A stretch of 64,000 nucleotides of DNA from Fibrobacterales bacterium (GTDB lineage: Bacteria > Fibrobacterota > Fibrobacteria > Fibrobacterales > JAOPTW01). The stretch covers positions 149,175 through 213,174 of the forward strand of contig JAOPTW010000008.1 of assembly GCA_051532035.1 (NCBI GenBank), read 5' to 3'. The notes beneath the pieces were generated by a model, which was not told the DNA's origin, searched no databases, and was given only the letters and a program-made list of their open reading frames with translations. The position numbers and the translations under genes were made by a program. Below, piece by piece: positions 47,672 through 58,181 of this stretch; the stretch's first letter is position 1, and every line of letters starts with the position of its first letter.

Positions 47672-48556
47672 ATGAATCGACAACAATATGGCATTCTTGC
47701 AAGTCTCGTCTCTATTATCGTTAACCTCCTTCTATTTGGCTTAAAGTATTGGGCTGCAGTAGTGTCGGGATCTGTCGCCTTAATGGCTGACGCATGGCAT
47801 ACCCTCTCAGATTCTTTGAGTTCTGTAATCCTCTTTGTAGGCATGAAAATTTCGGGCAAGGAGCCCGATGAAGACCACCCTTTTGGCCATGCACGCTCAG
47901 AGCTCATCGTGTCAATACTTATTGGAGCCTTACTCGCAGCCGTTGCATTTGAATTTCTCATCGAAGCATATCATAAGTTTACTTCAAAAGAAGGGGCCGC
48001 CTTTGGTACCGTTGCGATTGTGGTCACCATAATATCAATTGTACTGAAAGAGGGAATGGCCCAGTTCAGTTTTTACATTGGTAAAAAAAGTGAGAATGAT
48101 GCCGTAAAGGCCGATGGATGGCACCACAGAACAGACGCCCTCTCGTCAGTCATTGTATTAGCAGGAATTTTCCTTAAAGATTACTTTTGGTGGATAGACA
48201 GTGCTCTTGCTATTATCATCGCAATAATGCTCTTCTATGCCGCCTATGAAATAATTACAGAGACGAGTTCTAAACTCCTTGGTCAAGCACCTACACAAAA
48301 AATGCTGGACACCATTCATGCCATTGGTGATACAATCTACCCTCTAAAGCTACATCCCCATCACTTTCACTATCACGACTACATCAGTCATAAAGAGCTC
48401 ACCTTTCACATCAGTATGAAAGAAAATTTGACGGTAAAAGAGAGTCACGATGTTGCAGACCAATATGAGAAAGAAATAAAAAGACGGCTCAATATTTATG
48501 CAACGATTCACATAGACCCAATCTCAGTGGTGAGCCATAAAAACCTCGACCTATAA
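47672..48556 (+). CDS. Cation diffusion facilitator (FieF-like)
   Basis: SVALMADAWHTLSD, PDEDHPFGHARSE, ADGWHHRTD, HIDP. Confidence 0.92.
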   Translation: MNRQQYGILASLVSIIVNLLLFGLKYWAAVVSGSVALMADAWHTLSDSLSSVILFVGMKISGKEPDEDHPFGHARSELIVSILIGALLAAVAFEFLIEAYHKFTSKEGAAFGTVAIVVTIISIVLKEGMAQFSFYIGKKSENDAVKADGWHHRTDALSSVIVLAGIFLKDYFWWIDSALAIIIAIMLFYAAYEIITETSSKLLGQAPTQKMLDTIHAIGDTIYPLKLHPHHFHYHDYISHKELTFHISMKENLTVKESHDVADQYEKEIKRRLNIYATIHIDPISVVSHKNLDL

Positions 48557-48580
48557 GAGCTCTTTTGAGGCTCCATACTA

Positions 48581-49093
48581 TTAGGTCCTATCGTCTCGAC
48601 CTTCAATTCTTAAAATAGTTTCAAACCGTTTTGCCTCGAGGTTTTTCCGTACAGCATCTGGTTTAAAAATACAGCCATTCATCGCAACATACACTCCAGG
48701 TTCAAGGGTCTGTACTGCCGCAATAGCAAAACCGAGATTAAATTCTGCATCAGTTCCTTTAAACTGAGCAGGGAGCATTGACCCTGTCAATACGATTGTT
48801 TTACCTGTTACCGCCATAAGCATCAGTGCCGTGTCAATCATAGTATCAGTTCCATGCGTAAGAACAACTCTCTCATGAAGCTCTTGCTGAACTGCATTAA
48901 AAATATGCATTCGATCTTCATCGGTTATATCGAGACTATCCTTTTGGAGAATAGACTCAAACTCGTAGTCCACCCCTATATTAGCCCGTTTCAAAACGTC
49001 AACAAATGCCGGCTCTCCCACTTGATATTCACTATTTGCATCGAAATAGATCTTATCGATGGTACCACCTGTTGAGAAAAACTTTATCTTCAT
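48581..49093 (-). CDS. Short (N-domain-only) asparaginase
   Basis: TGGTIDK, KDSLD, THGTDTM, VLTGS, DAEFN in only 170 aa. Confidence 0.85.
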   Translation of the reverse strand: MKIKFFSTGGTIDKIYFDANSEYQVGEPAFVDVLKRANIGVDYEFESILQKDSLDITDEDRMHIFNAVQQELHERVVLTHGTDTMIDTALMLMAVTGKTIVLTGSMLPAQFKGTDAEFNLGFAIAAVQTLEPGVYVAMNGCIFKPDAVRKNLEAKRFETILRIEGRDDRT

Positions 49094-49274
49094 ACACTCA
49101 TCTCAGAATTTAACGATTATTAAGCTATAGTAATAAGAGAAAAATGGTATGGCAATATTTTGATATCATTACTGAAATATATTTTCTTTATAGGCCTAGA
49201 ACAAAGTCTGCTAGCCATTAGTAATTTCCTCAACCACCAGGAAGCCTGTCGAACTTATAGCTTTTGACTTGGGA

Positions 49275-50663
49275 TTAGCTTATATGATCTTGAACCGTTT
49301 GAACAACCTGTAGCAACTCTTTTACACTATAAGGCTTTTGCAATACATCCTTAAACCCAAATGCCGAGTGATTTGCAAGAACAAGGTCAGTTGAATATCC
49401 GCTTGATATGATTGCAGCTACATCTGGATTGATTTTAAGAATTCGTTTTATCGCCTCCTCCCCACCCATCCCACCAGGTACGGTCAAATCCATAATAACA
49501 AGCTGAAAAGGGTTACCCAATTCATAGGCGCTTCTATATTTACATACCGCCTCATACCCCTCAATTGCAACCTCGACACTATGCCCCACATGAGTAAGAG
49601 CTTCAGAAAGAAAAGTAAGAATGAGTTCATCATCATCCATAATTAAAATTTTCATAGGAGTCCCCGCAGGTACGACTGCACTTGACTCTTTACTCCCCTC
49701 TGAAATTTCCTCTACATCATGTTCAGGAATACGCACCCGATAGGTTAAACCATCTCCATTAGTAGTTACAGATAATTCTCCTCCATGTTTTTGAGCAATC
49801 ACATATGCCGCAGTGAGCCCCAAACCATTTTGTCCTTTTAATTGAATCCTACTATAAGGCGCATAAATATCAACCAATTCTGTAGCACTTACAGGCTGTC
49901 TATGACTTGTAATAGTGATAGTTATTTGACTTTGCACTAGATCAGAATCCGCTTCTATCCCTAAAGTAACTGCTATCGGAACATTATCTGGAACTATTGT
50001 ATAACCATCTGTTGCATTTTGAATAATATTTGAAAAAAGCATGAATAGCTGATCATAATCGGCATTAACACAATAGGCCTTTAGTTCAGCAGAAATGGAA
50101 AATTGTAATTGAGAAGGCAAGGCAGTACTCAATTTTTGGAAAAGGTCTAGCACATTAACGTGGGAATAGACCTGCTCTGATCTATCTGATAAAATAAGTA
50201 ATTGCTGAGTAAACCCTTTTGAAGAATCAATCAACATTTCTGCCTGATCTAAAAACTGAGTTTCACCATTGCAATCCTGAAGTTTTAGTGTCGCAAGAGA
50301 AATATTCCCTCTTACACCCATAAGGACATTGTTAAATTCATGAGCCACCGCACCAGAAAATGTTTTTATATACTCTAAATAATTAAGGCTTGAAGCGTGA
50401 GCATCCACCTTTTTCTTATGTACACATTTCTTCATGCGGAATACTATCAAAACGAGTATACCGATAGTGAGACTGAAAAGGAAAAAAAGCAATACACCTA
50501 CAAATAAAATTGAATTAAAGGCTTCTCCTTGTAATTCGGGTGTAATATATTCACTTACACCACTCGTAAGCTTACTATTAACACCATAACTACAAGCGAC
50601 ATTATATAAAAATAAATATAACCAGCTCCATAGCCCCATCAAATCCAACATCAAAGTATTCAT
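49275..50663 (-). CDS. Hybrid sensor histidine kinase / receiver
   Basis: TM helix, H-box AHEFNNVLMG, N-box NIIQNA, GLGL, KHGG; receiver ILIMDDD...MDLTVPGGMGG...KP. Confidence 0.85.
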   Translation of the reverse strand: MNTLMLDLMGLWSWLYLFLYNVACSYGVNSKLTSGVSEYITPELQGEAFNSILFVGVLLFFLFSLTIGILVLIVFRMKKCVHKKKVDAHASSLNYLEYIKTFSGAVAHEFNNVLMGVRGNISLATLKLQDCNGETQFLDQAEMLIDSSKGFTQQLLILSDRSEQVYSHVNVLDLFQKLSTALPSQLQFSISAELKAYCVNADYDQLFMLFSNIIQNATDGYTIVPDNVPIAVTLGIEADSDLVQSQITITITSHRQPVSATELVDIYAPYSRIQLKGQNGLGLTAAYVIAQKHGGELSVTTNGDGLTYRVRIPEHDVEEISEGSKESSAVVPAGTPMKILIMDDDELILTFLSEALTHVGHSVEVAIEGYEAVCKYRSAYELGNPFQLVIMDLTVPGGMGGEEAIKRILKINPDVAAIISSGYSTDLVLANHSAFGFKDVLQKPYSVKELLQVVQTVQDHIS

Positions 50664-50916
50664 TTATGCCTATGTTTTTATATGCTATATATCAAATATT
50701 AACAACATAATTGTCAGACAATAGAATTATCATATAAATGGCATCTATTTACAACAAGTGGAGTGCAACCCATTAACACTTACTTTATATAACACAATTA
50801 CTTGATTAAATATTATCCTCACCTCCTACTGTGCTCTTCTCTATTCTACCGTCATAGTTCACCACATTTTTTCTACATTTCAGGGTAAATAACCCCAAAA
50901 AACCAATGAGGACACT

Positions 50917-52626
50917 GTGAGCAACACCAACATCAATTCTGAAACACAAGAAGAATTTGTCGGAACAAATTTTATTCAGGAAATTATTGATGCAGATATC
51001 CAAAGTGGCAAACACGACGGGAAAGTGCACACTCGTTTCCCCCCCGAGCCCAATGGATATCTCCATATTGGTCACGCAAAAGCAATTTGTCTCAACTTTG
51101 GTATTGCGGAAAAAAATGGTGGGGTCACCAATCTCAGATTTGATGATACCAATCCATCAAAAGAAGAAGATGAATATGTAGAAGCCATTAAAGAAGACAT
51201 TAAATGGCTTGGATTCGATTGGGGCGAAAGGCTCTATTTTTCATCAGACTATTTTGATACTCTTTTCGAATATGCAGTACACCTTATTAAAAATGGTGAT
51301 GCATTTGTCTGTAGCCTCAATAGTGAGCAGACCCGTGAATATCGCGGATCACTCACAGAGCCTGGTAAAAACAGCCCAGACCGCACTCGTTCTGCTGAAG
51401 AGAACCTCGACCTTTTTACCCGCATGAAGGCTGGTGAATTTGACGAAGGAACATATACCCTCCGCGCAAAAATTGATATGGCTGCTTCAAATATGAACCT
51501 CAGAGATCCTATTCTCTATCGTATCATGAAAGCCCACCATCACCGAACTGGTGACGCTTGGTGTATCTATCCTATGTACGACTTTACCCACGGGCAATCA
51601 GATGCACTAGAGGGAATTACTCACTCAATCTGTACTCTCGAATTTGAAGACCATAGACCACTCTATAACTGGTTTATTGAACACCTCCCTGTACCATGTC
51701 AGCCACAACAAATTGAATTTGCACGTCTCAACATCACCCATACAATGATGAGTAAACGCAACCTCCTTACCCTTGTCAATGAAAAAATTGTCGATGGCTG
51801 GAACGATCCACGCATCCCTACTCTTGCAGGAATGCGTCGTCGTGGTTATACCTCGGCATCTATCAGAGATTTTTGTGATCGCATAGGTGTTGCAAAGGCC
51901 AATAGCGTCGTAGATAAAGCACTCCTTGATCACTGTCTTCGTGAAGATCTCAACCAACATGCTCTCCGAGCAATGGCTGTCATTAACCCCCTCAAAGTAG
52001 TCATCACCAACTACCCTGAAGGACAAACTGAAGAACTCCCTGCAGATAACAATCCTATTGATGAGTCAGCCGGTTCACGCATGCTCCCTTTTGGTAGAGA
52101 ACTTTGGATTGAACAAGAGGACTTCATGGAAGATGCTCCCAAAAAATTCTTTCGCCTTGCTCCCGGCCGTGAAGTTCGTCTAAAGCACGGCTATTTTATT
52201 AAATGTGAAGAAGTAATTAAAGATACCACAGGCACTGTTACTGAGCTCCGTTGTACGTATGACCCCCTAACCAAAAGTGGCATGGATGTAGAACGTAAAG
52301 TTAAAGGCACCATTCACTGGGTCAGCGCTTCTCATGCTGTAGATGCCGAAGTACGTATTTTTGATGAACTCTTTACCAAAGAGAATCCTCATGATTTTCC
52401 CGAAGGTGGTTCATTCCAAGACAACCTTAATCCAGAATCATTGACAATTGTTACTCAAGCCAAGCTTGAACCATCACTTGCTGATACTCCCGTGGGCCAA
52501 GGGTATCAATTCCTTCGCAATGGATATTTCTGTGCAGACTCAGTGGATTCAAAAAGCGATGCTCTTGTCTTTAACAAAACAGTTGGTCTAAAAGACGGCT
52601 GGGGTAAAGCAAAAAAGAAAGGGTAA
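50917..52626 (+). CDS. glnS: Glutamine-tRNA ligase
   Basis: [57 protein letters not shown]. Confidence 0.97.
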   Translation: MSNTNINSETQEEFVGTNFIQEIIDADIQSGKHDGKVHTRFPPEPNGYLHIGHAKAICLNFGIAEKNGGVTNLRFDDTNPSKEEDEYVEAIKEDIKWLGFDWGERLYFSSDYFDTLFEYAVHLIKNGDAFVCSLNSEQTREYRGSLTEPGKNSPDRTRSAEENLDLFTRMKAGEFDEGTYTLRAKIDMAASNMNLRDPILYRIMKAHHHRTGDAWCIYPMYDFTHGQSDALEGITHSICTLEFEDHRPLYNWFIEHLPVPCQPQQIEFARLNITHTMMSKRNLLTLVNEKIVDGWNDPRIPTLAGMRRRGYTSASIRDFCDRIGVAKANSVVDKALLDHCLREDLNQHALRAMAVINPLKVVITNYPEGQTEELPADNNPIDESAGSRMLPFGRELWIEQEDFMEDAPKKFFRLAPGREVRLKHGYFIKCEEVIKDTTGTVTELRCTYDPLTKSGMDVERKVKGTIHWVSASHAVDAEVRIFDELFTKENPHDFPEGGSFQDNLNPESLTIVTQAKLEPSLADTPVGQGYQFLRNGYFCADSVDSKSDALVFNKTVGLKDGWGKAKKKG

Positions 52627-52686
52627 CCCTTAAGGGATACCCTCCTTTCCAACTACTTCAAGATTCGTTGTTCTTTTGTCTATATA

Positions 52687-53457
52687 TTAGCCGAGGGCAA
52701 CGAGTCGAATACCTTTCAGAGTTAAGATGGGATCATAGGAAGTGATTACATTTGTCTTTTCACCAAGAAGAATAGACCATCCCCCTGTTGCTATAACAGG
52801 TATAGTTCCTGTAACATCGAGTTCATCACGAATTTTAGCAACTAAAAATTCTAACTGCCCCAAAAAACCATAAAGAATTCCCGAGCGAATTGCATCTTCC
52901 GTATTTTGTGCGATAACATTTTCAGTCCACTCCAGTGATACGGGTGTTAATTTAACGGCTTTCTGAGTCAATATTTCTTGACTACTTGCAATGCCAGGTA
53001 AAATGACACCACCGCAAAAAGTACCATTCTTCATAATATCGAATGTGGTTGCAGTCCCAAGGTCAATAGCGATACCATTGATGTATCCCATATGCCTCAT
53101 TGCAATAACATTACAAAGACGATCTGCACCAACAAGTGCAGCATTATCATATTGGACATCGAGATTTAAACAATTTTTAGATGAGATAATTTCAACAAGT
53201 GGTGTCGTAAATTTTGAGAGCGCTTTAATCCAAACACGTTCAAGTGCAGGTACTACTGATGCCATTCCAATATGAGTAATATTATTTGCATCAATTCCTG
53301 TTGAAGATATTAAGAGACTTATTCTCAAAAATAATTCATCAGAGGTTATTGTTTGGTTAGTAGAAAGTCTCCATGTATCAATAACCTCTTCGTTATAAAA
53401 AAGACCAATAACCGTATGAGTATTACCAACATCGATACTGAGTACGTAAGTATCCAT
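52687..53457 (-). CDS. coaX: Type III pantothenate kinase
   Basis: IDVGNTHT, SVVP, GADR, IDLGTATT, GGVILPG, ATGG. Confidence 0.95.
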   Translation of the reverse strand: MDTYVLSIDVGNTHTVIGLFYNEEVIDTWRLSTNQTITSDELFLRISLLISSTGIDANNITHIGMASVVPALERVWIKALSKFTTPLVEIISSKNCLNLDVQYDNAALVGADRLCNVIAMRHMGYINGIAIDLGTATTFDIMKNGTFCGGVILPGIASSQEILTQKAVKLTPVSLEWTENVIAQNTEDAIRSGILYGFLGQLEFLVAKIRDELDVTGTIPVIATGGWSILLGEKTNVITSYDPILTLKGIRLVALG

Positions 53458-54326
53458 TAATTAAACCTCATAGAAATATCGAGTGCTGGGACACTGTGGG
53501 TTAATGCTCCTACTGAAATAAAATCAACACCTGTTTTTGCAACTGATGCAATTCTCTTCAGTGTCATATTCCCCGATGCTTCAAGCTTTACACTCTTATT
53601 TGTTTCGCGTGTCAATGCAACAGCACTGCTCATTGTCTCCAGGTCCATGTTATCGAGTAATATTTGATCTACTGGATACCCTAAGGCTTCTGTAAGTTGC
53701 TCAAGAGTTTCAACTTCAACGACCATCTTTATTGCACTATTTTTTGTTTTAAGCACCGACTCGATTGCAGGTGCAATCCCACCAGAGGCATTAATATGAT
53801 TATCTTTAAGCATCACCATATCAAACAATCCAATACGGTGATTCATACCACCACCAGCATGTACCGAATATTTATCAAGCATTCTATATGCTGGGAGGGT
53901 TTTACGTGTATCAAGAATATTACAGATGGTACCTTGAGTCTCTGCAACAAATTGAGCCGTTACCGATGCAACTCCACACATGCGTTGTAAAAAATTAAGA
54001 AGTGTACGCTCAGCTTTAAGTAGATCCCACGTATTACCTTCAATAGTTGCGATTACATCACCCACTGCAACTCGGTCGCCATCGGAAACATGGGTTGTAA
54101 CAATTGCATTAGAGTTCAATGCTTGAAAAACTAAATCTATAATAGTTATGCCAGCAATGACACCACCTTCTTTAGCAGTTAAGGTAGCATGATTAGATTG
54201 ATCTGAAGGGATAGTCCAGAGTGAACTAATATCCCCTGCTTCATCAAGATCTTCTTTAAGAGCAAGATGAATAAGGCTACGGGCAGCGTCTGATGGAAAT
54301 TTCATAGTATCCAAGGTTATAGTCAA
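53457..54326 (-). CDS. nadC: Nicotinate-nucleotide diphosphorylase (carboxylating)
   Basis: ALKED..GD, ERTLLN, DTRKTLP, HRIGLFD, KDNH, EVE, LLDN, EASG, SVGALTHS. Confidence 0.95.
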   Translation of the reverse strand: MTITLDTMKFPSDAARSLIHLALKEDLDEAGDISSLWTIPSDQSNHATLTAKEGGVIAGITIIDLVFQALNSNAIVTTHVSDGDRVAVGDVIATIEGNTWDLLKAERTLLNFLQRMCGVASVTAQFVAETQGTICNILDTRKTLPAYRMLDKYSVHAGGGMNHRIGLFDMVMLKDNHINASGGIAPAIESVLKTKNSAIKMVVEVETLEQLTEALGYPVDQILLDNMDLETMSSAVALTRETNKSVKLEASGNMTLKRIASVAKTGVDFISVGALTHSVPALDISMRFN

Positions 54327-54415
54327 TTGACAGTATCATAAATGTAAATTCTGATCTCTATTTTTACACTTTTTTCACTTTAGCAAATAAGAAATTACAT
54401 CTCCTTAAAGGATTC

Positions 54416-55186
54416 TTAGTCGAATATCATAGAATATATCAGTTTTGAGGCCATCAAAATACCCATAACAAGTATTCCTCTCTTTACCCAGACATCGCCT
54501 TTTTTAACCTGAAAGGTAGCGCCCAGCAGGCCACCAAGCATTGTTCCACACCCAAATACAATTGCCACGGGCCAGACCACTTTATCATTCAAAACAAATA
54601 TGATAATAGAAACAAAAATAAATACCGAAGCAATTGCCCCTTTCAATGCATTTACTCGAACCAAATCGAAATTTGTTGCTTTTGAAAAGGCAAAAATGAG
54701 AATAAAGCCAACGCCAATTTGAATAAACCCGCCATAGAGCCCCACCAAGAAAAACCAGAAAAAAAGAGGGCCATACTTTATATCCTTATGTTCTTTCTCT
54801 ATCTCAGTTACATAGAATTTCTTCCGACTACTGTATACAGACAAAAAGGTTACACAGAGTAGGACTACTGCAAGTATCGGTTTAAATATATCATCGGGGA
54901 TCTTTACTGCAAACCACGCCCCAACCATTGCTCCTATAATCACCGGCAATGAAAGCATTTTTAAAACGGTAAGGTCGAGTTTTCCACTTCGGTACAGTTT
55001 GATGGCAGATGAAACATTACCCCAGAAAACCCCTACTCGATTAGTCCCATTAGCCACAGTTGGAGGGAGTCCCAAAAAGATCATCATTGGGAGTGAAAGC
55101 ATTGACCCACCACCTGCAATAGAGTTTATAAAAGCAACAATTATTCCAATAAAAAAGATCAATCCATAGTGATAATACTCTTCCAT
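54416..55186 (-). CDS. TauE/SafE (sulfite exporter) family membrane protein
   Basis: INSIAGGGSMLSLP...GLPPTVANGTN, GLYGGFIQIGVG; about 8 TM helices. Confidence 0.88.
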   Translation of the reverse strand: MEEYYHYGLIFFIGIIVAFINSIAGGGSMLSLPMMIFLGLPPTVANGTNRVGVFWGNVSSAIKLYRSGKLDLTVLKMLSLPVIIGAMVGAWFAVKIPDDIFKPILAVVLLCVTFLSVYSSRKKFYVTEIEKEHKDIKYGPLFFWFFLVGLYGGFIQIGVGFILIFAFSKATNFDLVRVNALKGAIASVFIFVSIIIFVLNDKVVWPVAIVFGCGTMLGGLLGATFQVKKGDVWVKRGILVMGILMASKLIYSMIFD

Positions 55187-55190
55187 AGCT

Positions 55191-56174
55191 CTACCGAGCT
55201 AATTCGAGTAACGATGTGACTCTATGCTGATACTGATGAGATTGAGCCAGGAGATGTTGATGTATTTGTACTATTTCTGGGGGATACTGTTGTGCGTTTT
55301 TGATCAAAGTAATTAATTGATCAACAGATTCAAATTCACTATATGAAAAACCTTTCATCACCGATTCGTTAAGGGCAAGCTTCTCTACAACAAGGGTTGC
55401 ACTTGTAGCCAAGATATCAAACACTCGCGGACTTATTTGAGGCGTTTCTCTATCACTTGAAGGGTCTTGATTTGAAATATTAAGGGCTACCTTTGCTTTT
55501 TCATACATACTTAATGCCTCTTCAAAAGATGACCACTCACCTTTCTGAATAGTAGGTTCAAGAATTCCCTTATAAGAGTCCCACCCCACTCCTGCAATAG
55601 CAAGAGACACTCCGTTCTTTAGTAATGCTTCAAGGACCGAAACCCTATAGTTACTTGGAATCCCGACAAATGCACAATCGTACTCGACACTGTATCTCTT
55701 CAGTGAGTATTCTTGTGGGGTGCCTGCCGTTTGTAGAAACCCATAGGAGACCCCGCATCGATTACACTCCTGTTCAAGTTCACCTTTTTGTACGCCTAAA
55801 AAGAGGTCGTAGCCACTCAGTACATCCCGCCAATAGGTGGCAATTCGATAATCCTCGTAGAACCAATGGACCGTTTTAATCCCCTGACGCCGTAAAAGTT
55901 GTAGGCTAAAAAGGGTTACTGGCGATAACGCAAGTACCAAACAGTGGGTAACCTGTGCATCAAGACAATTCACAACCAGACTTTGGTTTAAAAGATCTAC
56001 AGAGAGAGTATCATCAGGTTCTTTCAAGAGTGAGTCAAAGGCATCAAGATAGGTTTTGGTATCAAATACCTTAGTCGACCCATCAACTACTACCTGAGTA
56101 AAAGCTTCAACGGTATTAAGACCAACCTGACGGGCCGCCCCTTCGGGTGGAATGACAATCATCCATTTTGACAT
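55191..56174 (-). CDS. CgeB/DUF3880-like glycosyltransferase (GT-B)
   Basis: HWFYED, DCAFVG...R, IAGVGW, YEKAKVALNI, SPRVFDILA, HQYQHRV; likely start ATG 56174. Confidence 0.75.
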   Translation of the reverse strand: MSKWMIVIPPEGAARQVGLNTVEAFTQVVVDGSTKVFDTKTYLDAFDSLLKEPDDTLSVDLLNQSLVVNCLDAQVTHCLVLALSPVTLFSLQLLRRQGIKTVHWFYEDYRIATYWRDVLSGYDLFLGVQKGELEQECNRCGVSYGFLQTAGTPQEYSLKRYSVEYDCAFVGIPSNYRVSVLEALLKNGVSLAIAGVGWDSYKGILEPTIQKGEWSSFEEALSMYEKAKVALNISNQDPSSDRETPQISPRVFDILATSATLVVEKLALNESVMKGFSYSEFESVDQLITLIKNAQQYPPEIVQIHQHLLAQSHQYQHRVTSLLELAR

Positions 56175-56432
56175 AACGTTCCAGTGGCTATTCTTTTTAA
56201 TCAAGATAATAAAGTTCAGACACCTTAGTTTATCTCTTTCGCTGTTATTAATCAATAAGTACAATAACCAAAACAGGACATACTCCTTTTTTTATAGAAT
56301 TAGGAAATCGCCATCGAGTAAATCCTTCCGTCATACCCTATTCTCAAACAGAGTGATCTGTCAAATTTGGAAAAAGTGTAAAAAACCTTGATTCTAAAGT
56401 GAGAATAGTTAAATTTAGCTCTCAAACGTTCA

Positions 56433-56520
56433 GGGAAGATGCCCGAGTGGCTTAAGGGAGCGGTTTGCTAAATCGTCGTAGGTGAATAGCCTACCGGGGG
56501 TTCGAATCCCCCTCTTCCCG
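56433..56520 (+). tRNA. tRNA-Ser (GCT)
   Basis: GGGAAGA/TCTTCCC acceptor with G discriminator, GCGGT-TTGCTAA-ATCGT anticodon arm, long variable arm GTAGG...CCTAC, GGTTCGAATCC. Confidence 0.95.
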
Positions 56521-56699
56521 TTCTTTGAATTCTCCCAAAAATCTATCAATAATTTTTTATGCAACAGTGAATACTGAACGTTAAATTTTGATGTAATTTC
56601 TCACAATCATCACTTGTAATAACTCCCTTATAGAAATGAGTGCATGCCCATATGCTCAGTGGATTTACTATATTTTGCCAAAAATTAAGCAGGTATCAC

Positions 56700-58166
56700 A
56701 TGTCTACTACACCACGCGTTCGTTTTGCACCCTCTCCAACTGGGTATCTTCATGTAGGTGGCGCTCGTACAGCTCTCTTTAATTGGCTCTTTGCTAAAGC
56801 TACGGGCGGAAAATTTATTCTCAGAATCGAGGACACCGACAGAGCCCGCTATAATGAAGAGGCCTTACATGATCTTATTCGGGATCTCAAATGGCTTGGC
56901 CTAAACTGGGATGAGGGTATCGAAGTAGGTGGTGAATTTGGTCCATACCAACAGTCTGAACGCTTAGACCTCTATAAAAAGTGTGCAGAGGAGCTTATAG
57001 AAAAAGGAGAAGCCTACTACTGCTTTTGTTCATCGGAACGCCTACAGGGGCTTCGTGAGAAACAAGAAGCCGAAAAAGCTCAGCATTTTGGATATGATGG
57101 ACAGTGTCGTGACCTCGACGTAGAAGAGTCGCGCAAGCGCATTGCTGCAGGTGAAGCATATGTCATACGTCTCAAAACACCAACGGAAGGGGAAACTACC
57201 TTTAAGGATTACCTACGTGGTAATATCTCATACCAAAATAGCGTGCTAGACGACCTCGTTCTTTTCAAACGTGATGGCTACCCTACCTACCATTTAGCGA
57301 GTGTGGTTGATGACCACCATATGCACATTACCCATGTACTTCGTGGTGATGAGTGGATTGCCTCTACCCCAAAACATGCTCTCCTCTATGATGCATTTGG
57401 CTGGGAGCGTCCTGAATTTGTACATCTTCCTGTTATTTTATCAGCAACCGGCGGAAAATTGAGTAAACGTAAAGGGGCTGCTTCGGTTGGGGATTATCAA
57501 CAACTTGGTTACCTTCCTGAAACCCTCTTTAACTTTCTTGCGCTTCTAGGCTGGAGTCCGGGAGATGATCGCGAAAAAATGAGCCTCGAAGAGATGATAT
57601 CTTCCTTCTCTCTTGACCGAATTATCCCTAAAAGTGCTGTTTTTGATGAAATAAAACTAGAATGGCTCAATGGGCAATACTTTAATGAAATGGATGCAGT
57701 AGATCTTTTCTCACCATTGGTACCGATATTCAAAGCAGCAGAAATAACTCTTTCTGACTACCCATATGAATATAATATCGCAGTTATCTCTCTCATTAAA
57801 GAGGGCTGTAAAAAGCTTGAAGATTTCCTGGGTCGAGGAGCTATTTTCTACAACGAACCTACAAATTTTGATGAAAAGGCAGTTAAAAAAGTGTGGAAAC
57901 CAGGAACCGAAAAGACTCTCTCGATAGTGATTGAACGCTTTGAGGCTCTCGACACATTTAATGCTGAGCAGATTGAATCCACACTAAAGCAAATCATGCA
58001 AGATTTAGAGCTTGGCTTTGGTAAAGTAGCCCAACCAGTGCGTCTTGCACTCTCTGGAGTCGCTTCAGGAGCCGACCTTATGACTACCATTGAACTTATT
58101 GGTAAAGCTGAAAGTGTAAAAAGATTGTCACAAGCAGTAAAACGTATTGAGGAACTCGCCGAATAG
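56700..58166 (+). CDS. gltX: Glutamate-tRNA ligase
   Basis: RFAPSPTGYLHVGG, RIEDTD, YYCFC, PTYHLASVVDD, RGDEW, KLSKR; start ATG 56700. Confidence 0.97.
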   Translation: MSTTPRVRFAPSPTGYLHVGGARTALFNWLFAKATGGKFILRIEDTDRARYNEEALHDLIRDLKWLGLNWDEGIEVGGEFGPYQQSERLDLYKKCAEELIEKGEAYYCFCSSERLQGLREKQEAEKAQHFGYDGQCRDLDVEESRKRIAAGEAYVIRLKTPTEGETTFKDYLRGNISYQNSVLDDLVLFKRDGYPTYHLASVVDDHHMHITHVLRGDEWIASTPKHALLYDAFGWERPEFVHLPVILSATGGKLSKRKGAASVGDYQQLGYLPETLFNFLALLGWSPGDDREKMSLEEMISSFSLDRIIPKSAVFDEIKLEWLNGQYFNEMDAVDLFSPLVPIFKAAEITLSDYPYEYNIAVISLIKEGCKKLEDFLGRGAIFYNEPTNFDEKAVKKVWKPGTEKTLSIVIERFEALDTFNAEQIESTLKQIMQDLELGFGKVAQPVRLALSGVASGADLMTTIELIGKAESVKRLSQAVKRIEELAE

Positions 58167-58181
58167 TAGTATCCTTACTCT

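Noticed and set aside
52622..52641. GGTAACCCTTAAGGGATACC dyad after glnS
   Set aside because: Imperfect, with no clear U-tract; at most a weak terminator between convergent genes.
33895..56520. tRNA-anchored genomic island or prophage
   Set aside because: No integrase, no duplicated tRNA 3' end seen, and housekeeping genes flank both tRNAs.
12360..56699. Long N-terminal extensions in ORF-track calls (tolC 13904, argF 32895, barrel 38520, bioC 46851, CDF 47633, GT 56264, gltX 56640)
   Set aside because: Downstream ATGs fit the RBS, signal peptide or family start better and mostly avoid overlaps.
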